Assembly: GCF_016433145.1 (NCBI RefSeq)
Contig: NC_058130.1
Span: forward strand, 777,971,002-778,035,001
Origin: Gracilinanus agilis
Lineage: Eukaryota
Direction of reading: 5' to 3'
Length of the DNA stretch: 64,000 nt
A model generated the notes under the pieces. The model did no database searches and was not told the origin of the DNA. It saw nothing but the letters and a program-made list of their open reading frames with translations. Positions 10,400 to 21,941 of this stretch are shown here, piece by piece (the first letter of the stretch is position 1; the number at the start of each line of letters is the position of its first letter). The translations under genes were made by a program, and so were the position numbers.

Positions 10400-11110
10400 T
10401 TATAACTCTCCTCTCTTTCTGACTAAATTCCTTGAGAAAATCCTCTAGTAGAGGTGCCTTCACTTCCTCTCCTTTCCTTCTTTTCTAAACCCCTCTTTAA
10501 TCTGTCTTCTGATTTTATCAGAACCATTCTCTCAAAAGCTACCAATGGTCTCTTAATTGCCAAATCAATAGGACTTAATTTAGTCTTTTTTTTAATCTTT
10601 TTTTTTTTAACCCTTGTACTTCGGTGTATTGTCTCATAGGTGGAAGATTGGTAAGGGTGGTCCATGGGGGTCAAGTGACTTGCCCAGGGTCACACAGCTG
10701 GGAAGTGGCTGAGGCCGGGTTTGAACCTAGGACCTCCCGTCTCTAGGCCTGACTCTCACTCCACTGAGCTACCCAGCTGCCCCCCTTAATTTAGTCTTGC
10801 TACTTCTTGATCAGGCTCTTGTTGTGGATATCCTTCCTCTCTAGGTTTTCATTATACTAGCTTTTCCTTATTATTCTACTTATTCAGTTACTCCTTCTCA
10901 GACTCCCTTGCTGATTTCCCCCAGGTTCACAACCCTCTAACCAGAGGTTGTTCCTCAGGGTCTGGCCTGTGGCCTTTTCTCTCCCTCTGCTTCACCTACT
11001 GATTTCATCAGTGCCCATAGATTCATCTCAAATCTAGTTATCCAGCTTGAACCACTTTCCTGACCAACTGCCTACTGAACACCTCAGACTAGCCAAGTCT
11101 ATAGACAGCA
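10400..11110 (+). mobile_element. L2 ORF2 relic
   Basis: Pyrimidine-rich L2 motifs (ttaattgccaaatcaat, cctcagggtctggcct, gattcatctcaaatcta). Confidence 0.75.
10588..10784 (-). mobile_element. Very young SINE1_Mdo-like SINE
   Basis: CpGs are retained (ttcggt, gccggg, cccgtc); TSD CTTAATTTAGTCTT at 10574-10587 and 10785-10798. Confidence 0.96.
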
Positions 11111-11369
11111 TCTCTCCTTTATCCCCCATCAGAGAGCTATCCCATGTAACAAATACTTTTTTGTTAAGGAAAAAAAGAGGGGAAAATCCACAGAACTGAC
11201 CAAAAACATTGAAAAAGTCTGAAGATATCAATGTTCTACACCTGGAGACTTCCTCCCTCCAGAAAGAAATGGGTTGGAGGCTGGTAACTGAAAGAATGAA
11301 TAATGAGTATTAAAGTGTTGACTGTATGCTAAGCACTGTAGTAAGTACTAATCATATAAATAATTATAA

Positions 11370-11560
11370 TTGTTAGCAATCATACAGCTCCTTAAGGTTT
11401 GCCAAAGCCTTAATAGATATTACCTCATTTTGTCCTTTCAACAACCTTGAAGCAGGTACTATTAACCCTGTTTTGTAGATGAAGAAATTGAGGCAGACAG
11501 AAGAGGCTGATCAAGTCAGAGCTAATAGATGCATGAGGCTAGATTTGAACTCAGGATCTT
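11370..11560 (-). mobile_element. MIR relic
   Basis: attaaccctgttttgtagatgaagaaattgaggc. Confidence 0.75.
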
Positions 11561-12748
11561 CTTGATCAAGAGTCCCCCAAAGCTTTCTCTTACTACTTTG
11601 GAGTTCCTACTATAATCAGAGGAAGTAATGCCTAAAAGAAAAGGAAACTGCAGGCCAGCTGGAAAAACACAGGAGCCCAAATAGTGCAGTGGCCTATCAG
11701 GTTCCAGGATTCTAATAGGAGGTCAGATGGCAGTTCCCAAGGATCATTAGAACACAATGGCAGGGCTGACTCTCAGACTTAGAGGATTTACTAAGTTAGT
11801 GTTAAGGGCTGTGGTAATTTCTGGTAATCCTCCATCTCAAGGGAAGCCATAACATTGGTTACCCCTACCTCTCCAGAGCTGTGTCAGTGGCCTGCAGGGG
11901 TTCTGGGTGGTCCTGGCTTGGGGGAAGAAGAGGGATGGTCTGTCCAGCAGTGGTGGGAATACAAAGGTGGGGTTTGGGGGAGTACAAGCCCAGTAAACAC
12001 TGCGTCTTCTTTCTGTCTGTTTCTAGATAGTTTGCTGGTAGGGCAGGTTACAAGAGGGTAAGGCAAGGGGGAAGTCAAGTCCATAATGCCTTTATAAATA
12101 CTCTGTGCCAGGCATTGTGGTAAATACTGGGGACAGACAAAAAAAAGCTCAAAAGAAACAAAAGCAGTCCTTGCTCTCAAGCAGGGAGAGCTCCTATGAC
12201 ACAGCAGGTTTCCAGGCATCAGGAAAAGGGTCTGGGATAGCCCCATGCCCGAAAAAGGGAGTGAGGGGACAGTGAGAGGAAATAGCAGCAGATCTTTGCC
12301 CCATGGCTTTGCTAGAATATCAAGAAACTACTTTTGTGCAGTCCAGGGCCTCTGTGAAAAGAGGAAATGTAGCTTGATGTGCATGGCCTCTCTAAGACTG
12401 GGTTGCCCTTTCAAACATTATTTCCTTTCCTATGTATTCACTAACACTTTTTGAAATGACTTAGGATCGTATCAGGATTTGATGTCAGTCTTGCTGGCCA
12501 TTTTCAAATTCTGGTCTAACATTTATAAAAGTCAGAACTCTTGTCCTTCACTAATCAGTTCACCAGTTCTCCTGTCCTCCATGTCTTTTTGGAGATCACT
12601 GACAATAGTCCCCAAAACTATATCTGCTGGTCCTTCAATTTGATTGCACAAAAAATTAAGTGTCTATTATGTGCTAGGCATTGAAGTTCATCTGGTCCTG
12701 GTAACACATTCAGGGGCAGCTCAGTGATCCCATCATATTTTCTTTTCT

Positions 12749-14699
12749 TTTCTTCTTAAATCTAAATTTTTTTATTTGTAGAAAAATTTTCCATGGTTAC
12801 ATGATTCGTGTTTTTACTTTCCCCCTCGCCCCCTCAAACTCCATCCCCCCCATAGCTAACTCGCATTTCCACTGGTTTTAACAAGTCATCAATTAAGACT
12901 TATTTACATATTATTGATAGTTGCATTGGAGTGGTAGTTTCAAGTCTATATTCCCAATCATGTCTTCATCAACCCAAGTGTTCAAGCAGTTGTTTTTCTC
13001 CTGTGCTTCCACTCCTGTACTTTTTCCTCTGAATGTGGGTATCATTCTTTTCCATAAATCCCTCAGAATTGTCCTGGGTCATTGCATTGCTGCTAGTACA
13101 GACAACCATTATATTCGATTTTACCATAGTGTATCAGTCAGTCTCTATGTACAATGTTCTTCTGGCTCTGCTCCTTTCACTCTGCATCAATTCCTGGAGG
13201 TCTTTCCAGTTCACCTGGAACTTCTCCAGTTTGTTATTCCTTTGAGCACAATAGTATTCCATCACTAGCATATACTACAATTTGTTCAGCCATTCCCCAA
13301 TTGAAGGACATGCCCTCCTTTTCCAGTTTTTTGCCACCACAAAAAGTGCAGCTATAAATATTTTCGTACAAGTCTGTTTATCTATGATCTCTTTGGGGTA
13401 CAAACCCAACAATGGTATAGCTGTAACAAAGGGCAGGCAGTCTTTTATAGCCCTTTGAGCATAGTTCCAAATTGCCAGCCAGAATGGTTGGATCAGTTCA
13501 CAACTCCACCAGCAATGCATTAATGTCCCAATTTTGCCACATCCCCTCCAGCATTCATTACTCTCCCCTGCTATCATTTTAGCCAATCTGCTAGGTGTGA
13601 GGTGATACCTCAGAGTTATTTTGATTTGCATTTCTCTAATTATTAGAGATTTAGAACACTTTCTCATGTGCTTATTGATGCTTTTGATTTCTTTATCTGA
13701 AAATTACCTATTTGTGTCCCTTGCCCATTTATCAATTGGGGAATGGCTTTATTTTTTATACAATTGATTTAGTTTCTTGTATATTTGAGTTTTTTGTTAT
13801 AAAGATTTTTTCCCGGTTTGTTGTTTCCCTTCTGGTTTGGGTTGCATTGTTTTTGTTTGTACAAAACCTTTTTAATTTAATATAATCAAAATTATTTATT
13901 TTACATTTTGTAATTTTTTTCTAACTCTTGCTTGGTTTTAAAATATTTCCTTTCCCAGAGATCTGACAAGTATACTATTCTGTGTTCACTTAATTTACTT
14001 ACAGTTTCCTTCTTTATATTCAAGTCTTTCACCCATTCTGAATTTATCTTGGTGTAGGGTGTGAGATATTGATCTAAACCTAGTCTCTTCCATATTGTTT
14101 TCCAATTTTCCCAGCAGTTTTTGTCAAATAGTGGATTTTTGTCCCAAAAGTTGGGTTCTTTGGGTTTATTATACACTGTTTTGCTGACGTCACTTAGCCC
14201 AAGTCTATTCCACTGATCCTCCCTTCTGTCTCTTAGCCAGTACCATATTGTTTTGATGACCGCTGCTTTATAATATAGCTTAACATCTGGTACTGCTAGG
14301 CCACCTTCCTTCACTTATTTTTTTTTCATTATTTCCCTTGATATTCTTGATCTTTTGTTCTTCCAAATAAACTTTGTTATAGTTTTTTCTAATTCAGTAA
14401 AAAGGTTTTTTTTGGTCAGCATTTCTATATATATTGCCAACATATCACAACAGCAAGAGGTAGAAAGAGAAACACCATTTAAAATCACCCTAGACAATAT
14501 AAAATACTTAGGAATCTATCTAACAAAAACAAACACAGGAATTATACAAACATAACTACAAAACACTTTCCAAACAATTAAAACTAGGTCTAAACAATTG
14601 GAAAAACATTGACTGCTCATGGGTAGGACGAACTAACATAATAAAAATGACCATTCTACCCAAATTAATTTACTTATTTAGTACCATACCTATCAAATT
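12749..14699 (-). mobile_element. 5'-truncated L1 with a 5' inversion (minus 12749-14416, plus 14417-14699)
   Basis: ORFs 13275-13667 and 13901-14314 are the L1 ORF2 C-terminus (HCWW, YYKA, DQWNR). The plus-strand part encodes the preceding ORF2 segment (IKYLGIYL...[14 protein letters not shown]). A 17-bp TSD ATCATATTTTCTTTTCT lies at 12732-12748 and 14700-14716. Confidence 0.95.
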
Positions 14700-15549
14700 A
14701 TCATATTTTCTTTTCTAAGTTGATGTTATTTATCTAGCTTAAGTAATAGTTAAACATGGTCCATGATAACTTAGGGTGGGGACAATTCTTCTTGCCTGTC
14801 ATTTCTTCAGTAATCTTGCCACTCTAGCAGGAGATGTCTGAAGCTATTTTCTCCCAGCAGTGTGTAAAACATGAAGGACCCCCACAGCCCCACAGAATAT
14901 CTCTTGGAGAAGAGTTGTGCCAGAAAGTCGAGTTTTGCAGGAGGCTGCAGCTTATAGAAAAGAATTTGTTCTGTAATTCATCTCCCTTTCCCCACCAACT
15001 CTCCTCCTCCACCCCTCCCTATATACTTGAATTCTTTCCTTCAAATCACTTCAGCTCTAGAGGAATGGGATACAAAATCAGAAAAGAGGGAGGAATTTCA
15101 CCCAGTGCAGGTGCAGAAGGGCCCCTACCCCAAGTCATACCTGAGGAATGTTTGCAAGCTTTTGCTTGAGTAACTCTAATGGCCGGAAACTTCTAACCCC
15201 ATAACCTGTTCCACAGCTCTCATTCTTTCATTTTTTGAGCAGAAATCTGCCCAACTCACATTCCTAGTGTCTGATAGTTTTACAATCACCCATTTCCCAA
15301 AAGTGGGTTGTATTTAGAATGAGACTTAGTTTTCACCTTGGATTCCTCAATGCCCAGCACAAAGCAGCTACCTGTGTTTTTCAAATTGAGTTGAATTTTA
15401 AAATATTGATTGAATTTTGAAATATAGTACCTGTTTTATTATTACCATTTCATAAGTCAGAAAGCTGAGGCTTAGAGGTGAAGTGAACTGACTTTTCAAG
15501 GCCACATACCACTTTAAGTGTCAGGATTTAAAGCTAGCTGTAGGTATAT

Positions 15550-16046
15550 GTTGGCATAACCCAAATGATTACTCTTTGACTCACTAATACCACCATTATG
15601 TCTATATCCCAAAGAGATTTTTTTAAAAAAAGGTGAGGAGAACAGAGTTATTTGTATAAAAATATCTAACAGCTTTTTTTGTGGTGGCAAAGAATCAGAA
15701 ATCAAGGGGATATACATCAATTGGGGAGTGGCTGAACAAGTTATGGTATATGATTGTGATGGAATACTATTTTGCTTTAAGAAATGACAAGAAGGATGGG
15801 TTCAGAAAAACCTGGGAAGGCTTATACAAACTGATGCCAAGCAAAGTGTGCAGAACCATGAGAACATTGTATACAATAACAGCAATATTGTAATAATGCT
15901 CAACTGTGAATGACAGCTATTATCAGCAGTACAGTGGTCTAAGACAATTCCAAAAGACTCATGATTCACCTCCAAAGAGAGAAATGATGGAGTCTAAATA
16001 TAGATTGAAGCATACTATTTTTTATTTTATTTCTCTTGTTTATGTC

Positions 16047-16086
<40 letters not shown>

Positions 16087-16270
16087 GCAACTTGGCTAAT
16101 ATAGAAATGTTTTGTGTGACTTTCACATGTATAATTGGTATCATATTTATTGCTTGCCTTCTCAAGGGATAGGAAAGGAGTGAGAGAAAATTTGGAACTC
16201 AAAATTTTTTTTAATTAATGTTAAAATTTTTATATGTAATTGGGGAAATAGTAAACAAAATTTTAAAATA
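15550..16270 (+). mobile_element. Old L1 3' end
   Basis: ORF 15681-15893 VAKN...[11 protein letters not shown] is the ORF2 terminus, followed by 3' UTR. Confidence 0.85.
16050..16085. repeat. (GT)18 microsatellite
   Basis: Read directly from the sequence. Confidence 0.95.
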
Positions 16271-16289
16271 TATATAAATGTATTTAAAA

Positions 16290-16700
16290 GAGTTCACAGA
16301 CCCCAGATGAAGAAGCCCTTGACTAGAGGGAAAAATATGATCACATATAGGGATATACAATATCTATATCAAATAAGAATCCACTGATTGGAGAGAACTC
16401 TAACACCTGGCAGTGTTAAGAAAGGCCCTCTGAAGAAGCCAACACTTGAAATGAGCACTGAAGAGGAGGTAGAAGTTCAAAGAGGAAGAGTATTCTAGAA
16501 GAGGTGCCTGTCCAAAGGCACCAAGGTGGGAGAGGTTTTATAAAGAGAAAAGTTTTGAGTCTCTCAGGAGAGAGCACTGGGTTACTTTCATGCATGGATG
16601 AGGAATGGTTCAACAAATAGGAGGAAGAGAATGTCAAAGCAGTGTGTCAAGAAGACTCGGGGAGAACAGAGTAAAAAGGAGGGAAGGTTGGTTAGTAGAA
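16290..16700 (-). mobile_element. L2 relic
   Basis: Purine-rich reverse L2 (gaaggccctctgaagaag, gagtattctagaagagg). Confidence 0.6.
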
Positions 16701-17187
16701 AATTGGAAAAAGCTGAGCAGAAAGAACTCTTATCAATTCAAGCATATCTTCCCACATTTATCTAATTTCCTTGTCTATTAGACTTTTTTCTATAATATAG
16801 TAGTATTCTGTTTGTTCCATTTTATTGACATTTGTTCAGTCATTTATTTCCTAGTAGATTTCGTGGGTTTTTTGCTTCACAAAAGTGCTGCTGTGGATAC
16901 TTAGGAAAATATGAGACCTTTCCCCCTGTTAAGGTTACTGAGATTTGCACATAGCAAGAGAATCTCCCAAGATAATATCCAAAAGTTTCAATTGTTCAGT
17001 ATCCTAGGAAAAGATAGGGCTTTTACAGACCATAACCTTGAATCATTTAGGAAGACATATATCTGTTTTAGATGCTTTGAAAACATCTAGACTATATGAT
17101 TTAATTAATTTGTGTACTTACACCTATCGGCACATTTTATTTGAAATATTTTCATTCTACCAGGTTCTTTGCTGAAGTTCCTGCCAT

Positions 17188-17338
17188 GAATGAATGAATA
17201 AAGAAATGAATGAATAAAAAAGCATCGATTAATCAATGATTATTCCCAAGGCACTTTGCTCAGTGCTAGGGATTCTAATAAAATAGCCCATGCTCACAAG
17301 GAGCTCGTGTTCTAATTGGGGAGAAGACAATACCTATG
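17188..17338 (-). mobile_element. L2 3' terminal tail
   Basis: tgaatgaatgaataaa...gctcagtgctagggattc...gctcacaaggagctcgtgttctaattggggagaagac. Confidence 0.85.
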
Positions 17339-18680
17339 GAAAGCTTCAGCTCCAAGTCAGAGGGAAAGGTCCCACAGGCCTTTTGGAGCAGCAGCAAAAG
17401 AGATGACATGCCTCTTCTAAAACATCATTTTCACTGATAAAATCATAGTGTCTGTGTTGAACTATTTGACAGGGCCAAGTCTTAGTAAAAAACCTTCCAT
17501 CCTAGATCTTCAGTAGCGATGGCCACAGCCCTGCAGGGCCACGTCCAGGCTGCATCTCCCCAGAAGTGATTTCCCAGGATGGTGGTTGAAGACACTGGGC
17601 AAGAAATATGACTATTTCAAAGTCTCTTGAGTTCTGTGTTCTGAGCTATCTCCATCAGAACCTAAGGGGGCATGGTGGTGGTTAAAATGATGGTAATTTG
17701 ACCTGCTTAGCTCTTGCTGCTTCCTGCATCTTCCTGACTGCTTCAGCTAGGCTGCCTTGCTTCTCTGTGTGTGGCAGTTGGTTGGTAGTCTGTGGGGATG
17801 ACTTGTCCCTTCTCCCAGGGATTGATTGCTTCCTTTGACAATGGCTGTAGAGGCAGAACTGGAAGGTACTGTCACTGCCAAGTTTCCATCATCTACCTTC
17901 TTGCTGATGGCAATGGCAAGGAAGGTGAACCCTTCAGGACCAGGGTGGAAAGCAGATCTAGTGGTTTTGGGGGACACTGCCACTCTCAAGGCTCTGAGGT
18001 TCAGGGTCCTGATTTATTACTTTTCAGAGTCTAAGGAGAGATGGTGGTCAGAGTGGTGGTGGTCTAACCTGCCTGGAACCTTCTCTCTCCCTCAAAGGGG
18101 TGCTTCAGTTGCTTGTCTGCTCTGTAAGTGGCAGTTGGTTGGCAGTTGGTAGGGATGACCAGGCCCTTCTCCACAGGAGTTGCTTTCATGGATGATGGCT
18201 CTGAAGACTAGGACGAAAGCAAGTTTTTTTAATTCGAGAGGTATGGATGTTCCCAAAGATCTTGGGTTCAAGGTCCTGAGCTCTCTTTACTGGAGTCTGC
18301 GGGGGCATAGTGATCAAGGTTGTGGTGGTGGGGTTGATTTGCTTGGCACATGCTATCTCCTTCATCTTCCTTCAGTGGCCTCCTTCAGCTGGGCTTGTTT
18401 ACCTTCTGATGGGGGTGGCAGTTGACAGTTGGTGGGAATAGCTGGCCTCATCTCTACAAGGATCATTTCCTTAGATGATGGCTGTGGGGGCTAGGCTGGA
18501 TATGAAGTTGGTGATCTGGGAATTGCTCCCATTTCCAGGACTTAATTATCTGTATGGTGATGGTTAAGGGAATGGGTTCCTTCTATAACTTTTCTTAATG
18601 ATGGCTGCAAGGCTTGGACTAGGAGCAGAAAGCTCTAGTGCTCTCATCCTAAAACCTCTGGTTTGATTCCACTCAGTGTT
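17339..18680 (-). pseudogene. YBX3-like: YBX3-derived relic: 3-4 tandem decayed copies of the exon-1 N-terminal coding region followed by a broken cold-shock domain
   Basis: Minus strand 17496-17403 reads KVF/TK/LGPVK*FNTD/YDFISENDVLEE versus YBX3 [31 protein letters not shown]. cttggccctgtcaaatagttcaac compares with the recalled YBX3 cttggcactgtcaaatggttcaac. Upstream reads GDAA...ATED..KV, and the repeat units read TTT..P.....QDPEPQSLESGSVPQ. Confidence 0.85.
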
Positions 18681-19134
18681 TCTTGAGTATCCATTTTGGG
18701 CAAATTCTATGCTAAGTAGGCCAAGAGGGAGATGCAAAGATAATTAAAGACAGGCTCAGCAGGCAGGGAACATGCACAGACGCATACTTATATTCTAGTT
18801 GGAGAGATAATGTAGATGTGGCTCAGCCATAGACAGATTGAAGGACTGAGAGTCAGGGGCCCTGGATTCTGTCATGAATTGGCTCTGGGTCCTTGGGCAA
18901 GTCCCTCTCCCTTGGCCTCATTTACCTCCTCTGTCAAATGAGATAGGCCAGATGCATCTATTGATGCAGCAAAGGAAGCTTAAAAGAACCACTGTCTCTC
19001 TCCACTTTGGGCATCAAAGATTGAGGGCAACGCCAGTCTGAGACTAAGGGTGTTCAACCGAATTGGGCTCAGAGCCAGACTCAGTGATGAAATAAAATCG
19101 CCTCACCTGTTTATAGTGTTCCACTCATCAAACA

Positions 19135-19290
19135 TTTTTCCTATTTTTTCAAATCCTTGCCTTCCATCTTAGAGTCAATACTAAGTATTGGTTCCAAGGC
19201 AGAAGAATGGTAAGAGCTAGGCAGCTGGGGTTATTATTTGCCCAGGTGGACTTCCCTGACTCTAGGCCTGGTTAACCACATAGCTGTCCC
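19135..19290 (-). mobile_element. Internally deleted CORE-SINE
   Basis: ccttccatcttagagtcaatactaagtattggttccaaggcagaag...ctctaggcctgg. Confidence 0.8.
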
Positions 19291-19299
19291 CATTTTTCT

Positions 19300-20960
19300 T
19301 AAAAAAATTTTATTTGATGCTTTTTGGTGGGCTTTTTTCCACTTTTTTAGCTCATAGTTCCTACTGCCATCCAGAAAAACCTCTTTTTAGAAGTCTTAAA
19401 AAATAACAAATGAAATTTGCCATAATTAACCAACTTAGCAGTATAAGCAGTATTCCACATTCATAATCCACCTTTCAGTGAAGAGTGCATTTTCTAAGGT
19501 TTTTCTAGGGTCAACTTTTGTCACTATAATTCCTAGGACCTTTATTAAAGCCCTTTCTTTTTGCAGTGTTGTGAAGTCATTACCCAGAATGTTTTTCTGG
19601 ATCTGTTTATTCTGTACCAGTTCATATTCATCTTCCCAAGTTTCTCTCAATTCTTCTTATTTGTAATTTCTTGTAGCATAATATTCCATCATATTCATGT
19701 TGTTTCCACTTCTTTAGTTATCTTCCAGAGTGAGTCCGTTGAAACTTTTAAAATGTCAACTTTGTACCAGGCACTATGTTAAGCATAGGCATAGATCCCT
19801 GCCCTCAAGGAGTTTCCAGTTTAATGGGAGAGAAGTTGAAAAATGGGGATAGAAGGAAAAAAGGAAGGGACCCAGAGGCCCAGATGAAGTCCTATAGCCA
19901 GGGAAGAGTGATGAAGTGGTTACTTTGGGAGCCCTCCTAAAACAGAGAATGTAAGAAATGCTAAAACAAGTGTTAGAGGCCTTTGGGTTCATCCTGCTCA
20001 AAAAAGGAGGGAACTGAAATCCTGAGGGAAAGGGATTTGCCTAGTGTCACATACTAAGCAACAGGAACACCATTTGAACCCAGATTCCATGAATCTTTCT
20101 GTTGTACTGCTCTGCCTCATCAGGCATCTACTTGGTTTCCAGTTCTTCACTACCACAAAAGCACTGTTACAAATGTTTTGTACAGATGAGATCTTTACTT
20201 TTGTCTGACCTTCTCAGCTACTAGGATCTTAGGGTCAAAATTTATAAGGGCCTTTTAGTCACTTTTAAAACAATTCCATATTGTTTCCCTAAATGGTTAA
20301 TGCCAGTTTATGACTCTACCAACCAATTATATTCATGTGGCTGTTTTTCCACAGCCCTTTAAGAATTAATTATTTCTATCTTTGGTCATCTTTACCACTT
20401 TGCTAAATATTAGGTGAAACCTTACAGATGTTTAATTTTAAATTCCTCTTTATTAATGATTTTGAGTAGTCTATCATATAATTGTTGATAGTTTGTAATT
20501 CTTTTGAGAATTGTTTGTTCACGTCTCTAATCACTTATTAATCTTGGAATGACTATTTTTGTTAGTTTCTTATATTTCTTGGGTATGAAACCCCACTCAG
20601 AAATCATTTGATAGGTTTTTCCCCCATTGACTGATTTCACTTTTCATGAGCTGCATTGAATTTGTTTATGCCCAAGCTTTGCCTTTATTATATCTCCTGT
20701 GATCATCTTTATAACTTATCTGGTTAAGAATTCTGCCCCTAGGAAAAATCAAGGAAAATGCTTTCTTCTATTTACTCCTTTTTATGGTGTGACCTTTTAT
20801 ATTAAAGTAGAGCATCCATTTGGAATTTATAGTGATACAGGATGTAAAATACTGCTGTAAATATATTTTTGCCAAATTATTTTCCAGTTCTCTCAGTAGT
20901 TTTTGTCACATAGGACATTCTTCCCCAAGTAGTATTTTGAGGTTTATTTAACCCTTGTTA
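19300..20960 (-). mobile_element. Old L1-derived mosaic, interrupted by an L2 tail and a MIR at about 19760-20110
   Basis: Reverse L1 3' motifs (ccagttcttcactaccacaaaa, gctaaatattaggtgaaacc, ttgtcacataggacattcttcccc). Confidence 0.65.
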
Positions 20961-21228
20961 CTGAGTTGAGCAGTTTCTGATTCTTGCTTAGAAAATAAGA
21001 CTCAAAGAAAACACTTGGCCAAAATCACACAGGTAGCAAGGATAGGATATGAACCTAAATCCACCTCCTCAGATCAGGTCTCTGCTTTATGTCAGTGAAT
21101 GCTTCATGTAGAAGGTGCCACCCGATTCTTAAAAGCTGTGTTATAACATTTACTTATGTATGTTGAATGCTTTATTGTTTTAAAAGCTTTCCTCACAACT
21201 AGCCTTGGAGGGAGATAGTGCACATATT

Positions 21229-21941
21229 TTGGGGGGGATTTGGAAATTTTTATTTAATTGATTAATTTAGAAGATTTTTCTATGGTTACAAGATTCATGT
21301 TCTTTTTCTCCCCTCCCCTAAGCCCCGTCCCATAGCCGACACTACAATTCCACTGGGTTTTACATGTGTCATTCATTGATCAAGACCTATTTCCATATTA
21401 TTGATATTTGCACCAGGGTGATCATTTAGAGTCTATATCCCCAATCATATCCTCATTTACCCATGTGATCAAGCAATTGTTTTTCTTCTATGTTTCCACT
21501 CCCACAGTTCTTTCTCTGGAAGTGGATAGCATTCTTTCTCCCTCAGAATTGTCCTGGATCATTGTGTTGCTGCTAGTAGAGAAGTCCCATTACATTCAAT
21601 TGTACCACAATGTATCAGTCTCAGGGTATAATGTTTTCCTGGTTCTGCTCCTTTCACTCTGCATCAATTCCTGGAAGTCGTTCCAGTTCACATGGAATTC
21701 CTCCAGTTCATTATTCCTTTGAGCACAATAGTATTCCATCACCAACAGATACCACAATTTGTTCAGCCATTCCCCAATCAAAGAACATCCCCTCATTTTC
21801 CAATTTTTTGCCACCATAAAGAGTGCAGCTATAAATATTTTTGTACAAGTCTTTTTCCTTATGGTTTCTTTGGGATCAAAGGGCAGGCAATCTTTTAGCA
21901 CTCTTTGGACATAGTTGCAAATTGTCATCCAGAATGGTTAA
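21229..21941 (-). mobile_element. 5'-truncated L1 3' end inserted into a MIR
   Basis: ORF 21596-21928 [15 protein letters not shown]...GEWLNKLWY; TSD TGCACATATT at 21219-21228 and 21942-21951; the MIR continues on both sides. Confidence 0.9.

Noticed and set aside
13275-14314. ORFs with clear protein similarity (also 21596-21928 and 40479-40736)
   Set aside because: These are L1 ORF2 C-terminal remnants, not host genes.
17339-17720. A functional cold-shock-domain gene
   Set aside because: The conserved Trp codon is TAG, there are three frameshifts in about 90 nt, and the domain is truncated after the NDxxEE segment.
17540-18680. Tandem ~300-bp units as an RSX-like repeat lncRNA or a CRISPR-like array
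   Set aside because: There are only 3-4 highly diverged units, they translate to YBX3 N-terminal motifs, there is no repeat-spacer structure, and the context is eukaryotic.
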